64,000 nt of DNA from Takakia lepidozioides (taxonomy: Eukaryota > Plantae > Bryophyta): positions 48,112,001 through 48,176,000 of the forward strand of contig CM060731.1 of NCBI GenBank assembly GCA_030704615.1, written 5' to 3'. How positions within the stretch are numbered: position 1 is the stretch's first letter; every line of letters begins with the position of its first letter. Positions 1-13,377 of the stretch are shown piece by piece. The notes beneath the pieces were generated by a model. The model made no database searches. It had not been told where the DNA came from and saw only the letters and a program-made list of their open reading frames with translations. Made by a program: the position numbers and the translations under genes.

Positions 1-1340
1 AAGGGTGGCTTCTTCATAGCCTCCCAGAACGCACCGCAGGGGTCACCATGGCGATTCACCTCCACCGGTGGCACCACGATCTTTGCCAACTCCACGTCTG
101 TATCGCCAAGGCCATCCCACCCTCTCCTTCTTCTGTAGCCTCCTTCTCCTGCTCCTTGTTACCCCTGCCCTCCCCCGCCCCGCATGCACACTCACCACAT
201 GGGACTTCTTCTTCTTCTTCTTCTTTCCTTCCCTTTCACGACCATTTCCTTCCTTTCCCGCTACTTCCCACTCTCTCTCTTCTCCTTCTCCCTCTCCCTT
301 CTCCTCTCTCTCTCCTCGCAGTCCCTTCATTGATGGTAAAAGGGTCTCGGAGATCGAGGCCTCTTCTTCTTACCTTTGGTGTTCGGGCCCTTCATGAACA
401 CCACGTGCTCTCCCTCATTGGCAACCCCACTGGACTGCACCAATGAGGCCAGCCATGTTGCTGCCTCCCTGAAGACAAATAACCCCTCCAAATTCAAAAA
501 AAGAAACAAACAACAAAGAAAATCATGCATGCAAAGGAAAGGATAAATCATGGAACAGGTGCAACAGTTGTACCTTTGCAAGCTTGTCCGACTCGCCCTT
601 GGTGTCACCCAATGTGGTAGGAGTCCCCGTTTCCGGATGTGCCCGCTCTATCCCCTCCCGGAGCGCCACTGGAAGTAGATTCCAGATGTGGAGCATAGCC
701 GGCGGCGGCGCCCCGTAGTCCAGACCCTTCTTTGCTGACCGCTCAGGCTCAGGGGGCGGTGTCGCTGATCGGCTAGGCTGCTCCGAACCGGCCCATACCT
801 CCTCCTCTCCCCCCCCCAAATGCGTATCAGGGTAGAAGCCCTCACCCGGCTTGACTTCTTCGAGGCGCTTCGCTATCTTGGCCACTTCATTGGCCCTCCT
901 CGTCTCCTCCTCCCTCATCGACAACAATGGGCTGGCAATGGAGGCTTTCAAAGGCCCTTGAACCTGATGTTGGGCCTTGGCAAGTGCAGCCTTTGCTGCG
1001 GAGGAAGGGGTCGCTATGGGGGTGACATCCAAAAGGTGCCCATACCGGGCCCCCCGAACGGGTGATTGCTTGCCAAGGTACATTTCACCCGTCTTGGTGG
1101 TCGGGGTGTGCTCAACTGAGCATCTGGCTCAACAACAACCTCCCGAATATGAGAGCTGGCTGAGCCGGCCCCTGGCACATCCAAGATGTGGACAAGAGGG
1201 GGGGTACTGGCTGCGGCTGTCGACGGGGCTGGTTAGCCGTGAGACGCCCTGGCGCGTCACACGTGCCGGCAGAGCAAACGGATTGTCCGCCCTTTTCTTT
1301 GGGGCAGGGGACTTCTTCTCTTTCCCCATAAGCTGGCACC
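1..1340 (-). pseudogene. CACTA second-ORF (TnpA-like) gene remnant, left copy; runs off the window start
   Basis: 1-570 is the reverse complement of 27205-27790, which leads into GCGACG subterminal repeats and a CACTA TIR. There is a minus-strand acceptor (tttgcatgacag|GTG) near 1340 and fragmented ORFs 523-1083 and 1129-1356. The TnpA identity is inferred from context only. Confidence 0.55.
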
Positions 1341-1554
1341 TGTCATGCAAACCCACAAGTTGGCCTCATTAGGAACATTCCAGATCAAAAACAAAAAAAA
1401 CCAAGCATGTCGGGGGCTGAGAGCAGCAAGTGCTCAGGGTCTCGAGAGGGGCAACAAAGAGAAAAGAAAAAGGTGGGGAGGGGGGGAAGTATTGAGCACC
1501 ACGAGCTCAATCACTCCCCCCCCATTTTTTATTTTTTTTTTTGTTTCCTGGTTT

Positions 1555-1570
1555 CTCCCTCTCCCTCTCC

Positions 1571-1620
<50 letters not shown>
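1555..1620. repeat. (CT)n microsatellite
   Basis: Read directly; mirrored by (GA)n at 27049-27133. Confidence 0.95.
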
Positions 1621-1624
<4 letters not shown>

Positions 1625-1693
1625 CCTCTCTTTTTGCTGTTCACAAAAGTAAACAAACCACAAAGGAGAGAGGGTGCAGAAAAAGTTAAAAGA

Positions 1694-2407
1694 TTGTACT
1701 CATAAGACGTTGTTTGTCGTAGCCTTGTGGCCATTGACCCCGCGCGCCCAGTTTGAGCGGAAAAAAAGGGACATAACCTGCCTCTGTCAGGGGCTGACGT
1801 TGGTAGTAAGACTTACCTTCATATATAGAATTAATCTAGGTTTTCCATATATCCTCTAGAAATCCCTTCACACAAGCATCAAACTGTTGTGTGTGATTTG
1901 CCCAATAACTAGGCCTCAGGAGGGCCTGGGCTTTTGGTTCAGCCTTGAGACTTTCAAAGTTGGTAAACAGAGGTACAGGCACAATTCCCTTGATAGATTT
2001 GAAGATAGCGTCTCTTGGTGAGAGAACCCCGGACAGTGTATCAGAAAATGAGTATTGTCTTCAGATTGCCCACACAATGGGCAATTGCACTCTCCCTTTC
2101 TTCTCTGCTTCTGTTTGTTGTTCAAAGGTAGGCTTCCTGCCCTGAGTTTAAATTTCAGTCTAGTGCTGAGAGTGGGTAGACCCTTGAGGTCATCCAAGAT
2201 GTCCCCCCCATGTCACTGACTGGAAACAAGTTCAGGGAAGTTTTCTGCCTAACTTCATTTTCATCAGACAATCTCATGGCAACAGACATGGCTTTGGACA
2301 CTACAGCCTCTAAGTCAGATTTATCAACCCATATTGCAGATCCGTACTCCAAGGCAGGTCTAATAATGCGACAAGCATGGTTTTCTTAACCTCAGAGTTG
2401 ACCCCTC
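1694..2407 (-). mobile_element. LINE family A 3' fragment, 5'-truncated and internally deleted, with 19-bp TSD
   Basis: Encodes LKFKLRAGSLPL...CPLCGQSED..HFLIHCP and the 3' end ..TTATGAGTACAA shared with 45694-51680. TSD TGCAGAAAAAGTTAAAAGA at 1675-1693 and 2408-2426. Confidence 0.9.
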
Positions 2408-2448
2408 TGCAGAAAAAGTTAAAAGAGAGGGGAGAGGGAAGATATTCA

Positions 2449-4900
2449 TGTCATGTCAAGACATGGACAAGACCAACTAGGGTCATTGTCAATTAAAGAC
2501 ATAAACAGCCCCATGACAGGGCACCATCTACCATTTCCAGTCTTGTCATAACACACCAAGTGACGCCACCCATTCAGTCATGATAAAACAGGGTGGAGGG
2601 CGGGGTATGTTCATGATCAGATTCATGTCATGTACCCAAGTGACCCTTATGCACAATAAATTGTCAGATTGCAGCCTCAGATTACATCATCCATAGTTAT
2701 CCATAAGATATGCACCATGCAATATATCATGGGCATATAAGAGTATCTTGCCACATTACAGATCCAAGATATGCACACACAAGTACCTTGAGGTGATCCA
2801 AGACAAATATTATGCAAAGTAGGTAAGAACAGTCTGCCTTGCAACACATTCAGTGAGTGTTCACACCGGCAGCAAGATGGACCAGCCTGCAATTAATTAC
2901 ACTTCAGGCCTGCCACCAAGTACACTTCTTGGGCAAGGTAAGCCATATTACAGCTTCACATTTGGCCAAATGTAAGCACCCCAAAGCATGCATCTTGCAA
3001 AGCTTTCTGGGTATGTAAGAACAGTCTGTCATTGTATATATTCAGGAGCTGTGCACATAGGACTCTTGCATGGAAGAAAGGTCTGTCCTGTCACAACATC
3101 CAGATCTGGCCACACATACGCTTTGAGTGTCCAAGACCAAGCCCACTTGGCTAAGATAAATCATACAATGCAGGTGGCTGTTCAAATGGAAAAATAGAGT
3201 AAATAATCATTGGCCCCTCATTGGCTAGAGTCCTTTAGAGCTTACCGTCACTGTATCACAGGAGGCTAATGCCATGTTTTGCAAATAGAACCTCACTATG
3301 CTCCATTCCACAACAAAACCAAGTCTAAAAACAGCTTGTCACTGCCTTACCAGGCTGTCTTCTTTAACAAAACTCAGGTCTCCTCATCCTTATAGCAAAA
3401 CAACCATTTATGACTTGTCCCTTACACCATCAATCCTCTTTTAAGGCCAAAAAGAAGGGGAACCAAGTCTAAAAATCCACAGACAAAGCTGTCAAAGACT
3501 CAAGACAAGGTAGGATTCACATGCAGTGTTGCATTAGACAAGGCTGCCAGGCCAAAGTGCTCCATCAGCAGTAGCAAAAGATAAGTCAAAAGCTAGCATT
3601 ATCATGTCAAACCGGGAGCAAGCAGGCCGAAATCGGGGCTGCAAGCAGCAGCAGTATGTTCCTTTTGCACACATCCTTATCTGCAAGCTCAAGAGAATTC
3701 AAAGTAGGTAGGGATCCTCACCTGGTCCCATCACAAGCCCCCACAAAAACCAATGGGTTAGTGAGGATTGTAGAACCCCAGGTGAATCACAGACCCCTAC
3801 ACTTGTTATCGATGTCAACTAGGAACCCCAAGAGACAAGAGATAAAGATATGAAGTAAAAGGAACCCTAATTGCCAAAAACACCTTGAGCGATTGGGGAA
3901 GGTAACACTGCGCCATCGCCACCAACACGCCACCTCCAGCACAGCTAAGGAGAAGCGAAGCATACAAATGCTATGTCTAAGAAGGGAGAGGGAGCGATAT
4001 ACTTCCCCACCAAAGCACCACTGCGAAACATAAAAGCCAGAGGAGGGAAAGGGATGATGCCATCACAGCAGGTTCTCCCGCCTGTGAGAAGAGACAAGAC
4101 GCCGCCATTGTTCATCCCCAGGAGCTCGTCCGGCATGAAGCAGCAGACAGGGTAGCAGCAGGGTTCAGATGCCATAACTCTCGAGCTCAGCAGCACGAGA
4201 AATGCAGCTGACAGCGGGAGAGACATCCTAGGGCAGAGCCCGATTTTTCATCCGTAGGATGAATAATCAATACCCTTTCTCTTAAGAACCCGACGGATGT
4301 CATCCGTTAGCTAGGTTTAAACAGTAGATTATAGGGTAGGAGTTAGGGTTTCACTCCTTAATTAGCAATAATTAAGGGTAATTAGAAAAATCTCCATGGC
4401 CATCATAAGCTGCTTTTTTCATCCGGTCGAGATGAAAAAAATAAATAGGTTCATTTGTTTGGATGAGGTCCATTAGCAGGATGCAAAATTAGTATCCATC
4501 ATCCAGGGCAGTGGTTTTTCATCCTAACAGGTAATTCGTCATCCCTTAAGAGAAAGCCTCATCCAGTACGGAAAAAAAGCATAAAAGGGGAAATAAAACG
4601 AATTCAAATCCTGGTATTTTTCATCCAGCATGGATGGAAAAATTATAGATAGGATGCCAGTGTCATAACCCTTATGGAGGTAATTCCTCATTCTCTGGTG
4701 CCCCATCTGATATAGATGAAAGTCAATAAAAGAGGAATGAAAAATTATAAGTCCTTCTTAAAGGTACTTTAGTGTCCACCCAGGTGATTCTTCCGGTATG
4801 GATAGAAGACCTTTACAAGTCGGGTGAAAACACCTTTTAGAGTCCATCTGGTATAGATGGAAAATCATGGAAAGAACATTGATGCAACCGGCCAGTTCCG
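2449..4900 (+). repeat. ~2.4 kb non-coding dispersed repeat (family R, copy 1); solo LTR or non-autonomous element
   Basis: Starts TGTCATG. 2449-3970 matches the reverse complement of 22440-23938, and a diverged relative lies at 24769-27049. The distal part is dense in TTTTCATCC/GGATGAAAA motifs. Right end approximate. Confidence 0.65.
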
Positions 4901-4958
4901 AGGAGGGAGACAGAGGGAGAGAGGGGGCAACAATGAAAAAAAATGGGTTAGGGGGGGG

Positions 4959-5497
4959 AGGTCAGATGGTGGGGTCAGCTGCAGCATATGTCCAACACCA
5001 GATATCCTAAGTTAATCGACTCTATATCTTGGAAACAAGACCGCCCATCGACCTGTCAAACAGGCTAAGTCCTGGCAAAAGACAGTAGAAGAGATTCTCA
5101 AGGACCTGGACCTGGAACCGCAATTCTTCACCCTGCTGGATAAATCTGACTTAGAGGCTGTAGTGTCCAACCATGTCTGTGGGCAACCTGAAGACATTAT
5201 TCATTTTCTGATACACTGTCCGGGGTTCTCTCACCAAAGAGACGCTCTCTTCAAATCTATCAAGGGAATTGTGCATGTACCTCTGTTTACTAACTTTGAA
5301 AAAGTCGAGGCTGAGCCAAAAGCCCAGCCCCTTCTGAGGCCTAGTTTTTGGGCAACTCACACACAGCAGATTGATGCTTGTGTGAAGGGATTTGTAGAGG
5401 ATATCTGGAAAATCCGGATTAATTCTATATGTGAAGGTAAGTCTTACTACCAACGTCAGCCCCTGACAGAGGTAGGATCTGTCCCTTTTGTTTCCCC
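4959..5497 (+). mobile_element. LINE family A fragment with internal deletion
   Basis: Collinear with ~55410-55620, then jumps to ~55830-56145 (HFLIHCPGFSHQRD). Confidence 0.85.
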
Positions 5498-5809
5498 AAG
5501 AGAGGGGGCAACAAAGAAAAACAGAGAATGTGGGGGGGGGGAGTGACTGAGCAGCAAAGGGGAGAGAGACATCAGCCCATGCTTAGGGCAAGAAAGAAAG
5601 ACAGAAAGTGAGGGAGGAGGCGGTGCTTACCTTGGGTGTTGGAGCGGCGTTGGGGCAAACTCCTTGGGGCCTTGCGACCACCTCGGGCTCAGCAGTAGGT
5701 GCGTTTCTCCTCCACCCTAAACCCCACTCTTTGAACTACCTCTCTCTCCAAAGAACAAAACGAAAACGGGAGGGGAAAGAGATGCTTGAAGCACTTAGGG
5801 AAAAAAAGG

Positions 5810-6050
5810 CGCGGCTCCCACGTGCGACGCCCGGCCGTCGCACGCCTGCGCCCCCGCCATTTTTTGAAATGTAAAAAATGAAGCTTGCGACGGCTGGCCG
5901 TCGTTTCGTGCGACCCTCGGCCCCATAAATAAAAAAACATGTCCCCCCCGCGACGGCTGTCCGTCGCGGGGTGCGACCCCCAGTTAAAAAATAAATAAAT
6001 AAATACGTCGTCCAATGCGACGCGAGGGTGTCGCAGGAGGTGACGGCCGA
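5810..6050. repeat. Cluster of GCGACG/CGTCGC motifs (CACTA subterminal-type repeats) between the two CACTA genes
   Basis: Same CpG-rich motif as 12180-12760 and 28940-29650. Confidence 0.6.
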
Positions 6051-6464
6051 CCTTTCTGGATTAAGGGTTTAGGGCCTTTTGGGTTTATTAGTTTTTTTTT
6101 ATTTTATTTATTTTTCATATGGTACTGGGTTAGGGTGTTTGCTTTTCTTTATGGTGCTGGGTTTTGGATTGTCGGTTTTGGTTGTGGTTCTTGGGGTTAA
6201 AAGGATAAACGGTGTAAGTAGGATTCACATACCCAAAATGTGGTTCAATTTGATAATCGCAAAGCGCTGGGTCTCAACAAATTTTTCCATAGTGTGAGCA
6301 TCCTGAAGATAGAACGAGAGGAAGGATTTATTGTCTTGGGTTCTAGCACCATAGGGATGCTCCGCCTTTGGTTACCAATTTTGAAAGCCCCGAGGCTGAG
6401 GCATAGGGTTTTTTTTGCCAACGGTTTTTGAGAATGAAAGTGTTGGTGGTGTGTGTTAATTAGG

Positions 6465-9400
6465 ATGGATGGTGAGGAAACATCGACCCGTCTCCCTCGA
6501 GGATGGGGAGGTAGTACCACATTCGATTGTGGCCCTAGAGCGACCATTTTTCGTGGCGAGGAGGCACCCATTGCACCTGAACCAATACAGGTTGTCGGGC
6601 ACAATCATAGAAGGGACCGGGGCCAAATTTCAGGTGATGCGGAGGATGTTGACACTCCGGGATCGAGTCGGGCGCGCCGCGGGTTGCCCCTTCGCGGGCC
6701 ACCCCGTCCAACCACGTCCACCTTTGACCCCCCTGACAGGATTGAGTGTTGGTGCACTAAGTGTTGGGAACGGATACCGCCGGGTGGCACCATACCACCG
6801 AGGCGGCGACCGCATGTTGTCGAAAAACATTACAAGAAGAACAATTGGATGCGGCAAAGGTGAGTGTTTTTCCCACCCCTCTCATTAACATTCATTTAAG
6901 GTACATTTAGGTTTATCTAATAATATAGTATGATTGGTAAGCATACATGAATCAAAATTACGACATAAGTATTGATGCGTCGTTCACTACGCACATTGCA
7001 GCCATGACTTGATGCCCAAGCTCACAATCGCATTGCACAGGAGGCATTGCGCAAAGCATGTGCCCGATGTGACCAGTTGGTTCCCCAGCAGCACGTAGAT
7101 GAGATGTGTAGGGTCGAGGGGTATCGTAGGTGTCGTAGGCGTATGGCCGGCGACGACAGGCCCCCCCCCCCCCCCCCCCCCCCCCCCCTTGTCTGTTTCT
7201 TTGCCTGATCCGGACGTTGTACCCGCTGCATCCTCCGTTGCTCCTATCTCAGCCTCTGTTGCACCTCCGACATTACATCCTCAACCACCTCCACTTTCAT
7301 CTCCTCCGCCAGCAGTACCACCTCCATCTCCACCTCCACGTGCATGTGCCCCCCGAACCCCTAGGAGGGGTCGGCTTCGCCCTAGGTTTTTCCCCCTTCG
7401 GCTTGGGCGGCCTGAGCCGGATCCTCGCCCCCGATGGGAAGCGCATAGGACTATGTTACTGAGGACCGTCCAGCCTCGTTGTTGGGGGAATCATCTCGAC
7501 CCTCCCACCCCCATCCGAGAAAATGTGGAGTTCGAGTATTGGGGGAGACGGTACAGATCCTGCTATGGGTCGGGGTTTATTCACGGTCAATGATATTGTG
7601 GTTCTTCCTTGGAGAAACAGCATAGTGGACTTGTTTCCCTACTACGGTCCATACCACACCTCCGCGGAATTCCGTACATTACGCCTTGAAGCCCCATAAA
7701 TCCTACCCTATATTTTGTGTGTCAACGGACAGGATGTACGGGGGGTTGTCTCCCATTGAGATCAGATTTTGTGATGGTGACCCCGACATCTTCGACAATG
7801 TTGCTGGGCTGGTCAATAGTTCTTTTGGTCATCCTAGGAGAACCAATGTAGTATGGGACGAGCGAAGCCAATGACAGTGACAGTGACAACAACAATGAGC
7901 ATGGAATTAACCAGGAGGATGTGCAAGCCATGGAGGATCTCTTAATGCATCATGTGGGCGCTGATGCATCCCATGAAGAGGGAACCTGGCCAATCGATGA
8001 TCCTGAAATGGCCCCCTCAAATGACATGGAGAGGGAGGCGAGAACTCCCTTGTACGAAGGGACGAAAGTGAGTCGACTTTCAACAATCTTACTTTTGCTC
8101 AATCTTCAAATTCGATTTGGCATAAGTAATGTTGGGATGACTGCCATAATGCGAACTATTGCAGACTATATCCTTGCTACACACTTGAAACCTAAAGATG
8201 CCACGGTCGCGGAAAGAGACGCGCGAAGTCTTGGACTCTGTGGGGATGGGCTATAAGATTTTTCATGCATATCCATGTGATAAAACCCTATACTACGGAG
8301 AGGATTCGCATCTCACCAAGTGCCCAAAGTGCAAGAAAGACCGATATCGGGATGATGTCCAAGGGAAAAAAGTACCACGCAAGGTATAAGCGTCATTCCC
8401 CCTCGCATGGAGATTATTAGAGAGTAGTACTCATGCAAGATCTGATTGTGGTTTTGGAAGGAGTGAGTGATGAGTGGAAGGAGCGATGTTTGGTTTTGAC
8501 CATTCACACCCAAATGAAGGAGAGACTGCATAAAGGGAAAGACATAAGGGTGTTGTATTATGTAAACTAATGGGATGATTACATGTGTTTCCGATCATCC
8601 CGCGATTGAGGGCACTGTACCGAAACCCCGAATTGGCCAGACTCATGAGATGGCACGCCTCGCATCGGAGCCCCCCGGGAAAGGTGTGCGGGCCACAAGA
8701 TTCACAAACATGGAGGCATATTGAAGAGATGTGGTCTTTTCTCTTGGAGGACCCACGACATGTCCACCTCGGCTTCTCCTCGGATGGGGTCAACCCATTC
8801 TCTGTCTAGTCATGTAGTCATTCCATTTGGCCGGTGACCATGTTGAATTACAACATCCCTCCGTATCTTTCAATTAAAAAAGGCCATATCATGTTGGCTG
8901 CCATTGTGCCAGGTGAGTGTACTCATTTCATATTTATTATTGCCTTCGACTTTACATTAAACTTCTGATCTTTGACGCAATTCGGATGCAAGATTGATGA
9001 GTGACATAATCATGGAGTAAGACGTGTAATTCATTTTGTAGTATATATAATCTGCATATTGGTGGAGCATTGAAACAATGATGTGAATGTCTCAAAGGGA
9101 AAAAACAAGTGGCAAACATGGACACGTACTTGCGACCTCTTGTTGATGAACTTAAAGATCTATGGAGGGGGGTCCCGACATTGGATGCTTCACTTGACCC
9201 TATGGCCGGACAATCTTTTCAGATGAGGGGCATCTTGCTTTGGACAATGCATGATTATCCAGGTATATTATGTTCCCCGTGAACAACCCGCGTACATTCA
9301 CTTGTCAATGCCGGATGAGGATGAGGATTGGGATTGATTGAAGTAGCGGCGACAGTCTTGTGCACCGTAGTGGGGTAGATGGCATTATGGGCCATGCACA

Positions 9401-11840
9401 TAACAACTTTTTGTTTTTGCTAATGTGGCGGGATGTGTAGTACATGACTAACTGTTTGATCGGGGCTAAGCACCAAAGGGTACCATGCATGCTTGCATTG
9501 TGGCGATGATCTTGATGCACATAACTCCTGCCATCTTCACAAGATGGTGTATCCCAACTACCGCAAATTTCTTCCTATGAGCCATCGATGGAGAAGAAGA
9601 GAGAAACACTTGTTTGATGGCAAAGAGGAAGTACGTCCCCCCCCCTATGACACCATCCGGGCAGTTTTGGGAGGACCGATGAAAGGAGGCCCATGCGGGC
9701 ACGGACGGTGAAGTGGACGTGCCCGGCATGAAACGACTTTCAATCTTCTACGAGTTGTCATATTGGGCGGTACATATTCCACAAAAACACCGTCAATATC
9801 CCTATGCATGCATGTGATATTGCACATTTGGTATGCGTTGCATTGTCACTTTCACGTAAAAAAATTTGTGTAAGTCTTTGTGGGTAGGGATATATGTAGG
9901 ACCTGAAGATTCGCCATCTTCTAGATCCCATGCATATTGAGAAGAATGTCTGCTCGTCCTTTTTTCGGGTTCTTCATGGTACGCCGACAAAGAAGGGAGT
10001 GGCTGCAAAAGGAGATTATCTCGGTGTTAGAAAGGAGCTTGAGGAGCAGGGTCGCATGCGCCATCTATGGGCCGAACAAAATGGTATGGACCCAAATGGT
10101 GTTGTATGGTGGAACTATAGGCGCACACATTAGCAATGGACAAAGGAGGAATACAAGAAAGTAATAGCCACCATAAGTGCTGTCCGAACACCAACTGGTT
10201 CCCTCCGTACGAAGTTCAGCGAAGAAGACGGGGTCCATGGTTTGAAGTCTCATGACTACCACAATCTATTGCAAGACATCTTGCCCATTGCAGTACATGG
10301 GACATTGACTCCCGAGGTTCGTGAGACAATCTATAGATTGGGAGGCTTGTTCCAGTGGATTTGCTAGAAGCAGATTTTCCACGCATGAAGAAGGAGGCGG
10401 CGGAGGTAATGTGTATGTTGGAGATGCACCTTCCTTCCTCCTTCTTTGACATCCAAGTGCACTTGGTAGTGCACTTAGTGGAAGAGGCTTCGATTGCCGG
10501 CCCCTTTCATTCTCGGTGGATGTACTTCCTTGAGCATTATATGAAGACTTTGAAAGGATTTGTAAGACAAATGGCGCACCCGGAGGGTAGCATGGCGGAG
10601 GGGGAAACGTTGCAAGAAGCTATGTTCTATTGCACGGAGTACATGGCAAGGGTGGATGAGGAATCCCCTCGGATGTGGAAGGAAGAGGAGGGTGCACGAA
10701 CCAATGACATCGTTTTGCCCAAAAAATCGAAGAGGGTAAAATTGCCGACCTTGGTGATTGAGCAAGCGCATGAGTTCATACTGAAGAACACCCCATCCAT
10801 ACATGAGTGGGAGACAAGATACAATAATCTTGTTTAGCAACGAGAGGAGGAGACACTTGCATGGAGGCGGAACCATCCAAGGCCAGTTACTAGACGCCCA
10901 CGACGAGGAGCGGGCCGCCGGTTCACAAAATTTGCCCATGGAATTGCAGCCTCTAAGTTTATTCCAACAGTGGCTTCGGACTTCGGTTTATGACGCCGTT
11001 GCTTAAAGAGAGGTGGTTTCAGATTTGGTGCAAGACATTGCAAGGGGCCCCTCTCAATTCGCGACCTCATACACGGCGGTCTGGGTTCACGGTCGTCATT
11101 TCCGCATTCGTGTTCTTGACATGAAGCGCAAAACAACCTTTGATTCTGGCTTGTGTGCCACATATTGGCAAGACTCCGTGTGGGGCAAGGGAGATACACG
11201 ACCTGCTATGAGCAAACTTGAGTACATTGGAGAGCTTGAGAGCATACTCCAACTTCAGTATACAAGGTACCGGCCTCTTCTCTTCAAGGGAAGGTGGTTC
11301 CAGTCACATTTTGTGGGGCCCTCCGCAACACTAGTGCAAGATGATTGTGGTTTCATGCGCGTCAATGCAGATAGGCTCAACCCTACTCATCGTCCCTCCA
11401 ATGAGCCTTTTTCACGGCCTTCAGATATGGAGCAAGTTTTCTTCTTCGATGACAAAACAAGAGGGGGGAATTGGAAGGTGGTTGTGCATGCTCAGCCAAG
11501 AGGAAGACGTATCTATCATGGTCACGGATCTCCATGGGGTGAGGCAATTGCGGTGACGGAGAGACTGGTCATAATGATACTGATGATGGAGATTGGGTAG
11601 AGGGGTAGAAGAGGATGATGACGCCCCGGACAATGCATCCTGGACCCTATATGATGAAGCTCTAGAAGATACAGATGTTGGAGAAGGAGACGAAGACACG
11701 GCCATTGACAACGAGGTGGAGGATGATTCGGAGGTGCTTTTTGAGGGCCGGGCCATTTATGACGATGACTCCGATGACCAAGAAGACTTGCAGCTTGATG
11801 AGGATGAAGAGACTCCGGATGATGATGTTCAAGTTGATTA
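6465..11840 (+). pseudogene. CACTA/En-Spm TnpD (Tnp2-type) transposase, intron-containing and decayed
   Basis: Motifs in order: IECWCTKC; CPKCKKDRY; MRWH..DSQTW..DPRHVHLGFSSDGVNPF; DPMHIEKNVC; GLKSHDYH; FFDIQVHLVVHL..GPFHSRWMY (DUF4218-like); YIGELESIL..LFKGRWF..EPF..QVFF..WKVV (DUF4216-like); acidic tail. Contains in-frame stops and frameshifts. Confidence 0.92.
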
Positions 11841-12179
11841 GACACAAAACCAAAGCTACATAACAATTCTCGCACCGAACTGGACCCATCCCTTCGATTG
11901 ATTGTACATGTACATGCATATTGTACTTTATTTCTATGATTCATCAAATATGGTTGTGGCTGGTAGTCTTTCAAGAAAGAAGGCAGAGACAATGAATATG
12001 TTGGAGCAACACATACAGATGTGGTATCAAGAGAATTATCAAAATGAATGTCACAATCTACAAGAAGGTCCACAACAACAAGCTAAACCATAAATAAAAA
12101 CAAACACCCTACCCCAGTACCATATGAAGAAAAACAAAACTAAGAATCCCCAAAGGCCCTAAACCTAAACCTAGAAAGC

Positions 12180-12760
12180 CATGTCGTCGCCTCCTGCGAC
12201 CCCCACGCGTCGCAAACTGCCACGCGTTTTCTTGGATTTATCAGGCCGGGGGACTCAAACGGCGACAGCCAACCGTCGCCAACTGTGACTTGTTTTTTTT
12301 TTAATGGATTTGAGGCCGGGGGTCGCAAACGGCGACGACCAGCCGTCGTAAAATGTGGCATGTTTTTTTTTTTGAAAGAATAGGGCAGCCGGGCAGTTTG
12401 CGACGCCCGGCCGCAGGGCTTTGCCCTTCATGCCACCATGCGACGGCCGGGCGTCGCAAGAAAGGGCTGCGATGAAAGAAATGGCAAGAAATGGTTTTTT
12501 TTTCCGGCGTGCGACGACCAGCCGTCGCGAGAAAGGGCTTCCTTCTGCCCTTCGCTGGGGGCGACGCTTAGGCGTCGCATGGAAGGGCTGCCATTTTCCC
12601 TTCATCACTCCGTGCGACGGCCAGGCGTCGCTGCCTGGCCCCGGCGCTAGGTTTCACTCCCGCAGGGTTTGGCTGCGACGGCCCGGCGTCGCAAACAAGC
12701 TCCGCGGGGTTGGCATCGCACGCTCGGCGCCGCGCGGGGCGTGGGTGTCGAGCGGCATTT
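12180..12760. repeat. CACTA subterminal repeat region downstream of TnpD; no terminal TIR seen
   Basis: Many direct and inverted GCGACG(G)CCGG/CGTCGC units; no ..TAGTG TIR follows. Confidence 0.7.
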
Positions 12761-13377
12761 TACTCACCCATCCCTCCCTTCGCTATCCGAGGTGGAAACT
12801 CCAAGATGAAGAGTTGGATATCTCTAAGCACTCAGCCCGCTCAGAACAATCAGTCATGACCTACAGCTAGTGAATCATGGTTGTGCTTCCTATTTGTATT
12901 CCTTCTTGCCTTCATGTTATCAATTTACCTTACCGTGTATACTGAAGCATCAGATAGCTTCAGTATCTACTAAGTTCCAATTAATCATGCATTCATTCCA
13001 CAGCTTCTCTCATGTCTCTCTACACAGTATGTTTGTATCGATTCAGTATCGGATTAAGATTAACCATGTATCATGCCTATGCCATGGTGTCCCTAATCTA
13101 CCATACTGTATAATTTTACAGTTTGCATGAATTAAGCCTCAATCAAGTCATCATCTCCTCTTCACTGTTTCCGCTCTCCGTTACGTCTCCTCCTCTCCTG
13201 AACAAGTCGCCCTCCTCAAGAAGTGATCCTCTTCCTGTTGCCGCCCTGCCTGATCTACCCGCAAGCTGTTCTAACCACCTAACTAACTAACCGTCACCCC
13301 TGAAGTAACACATTCCCTCTGCAGATGTCGTTCCCACACAGTCGTTCCCTGTCAATGATAACTGTTCCCCATGTATA

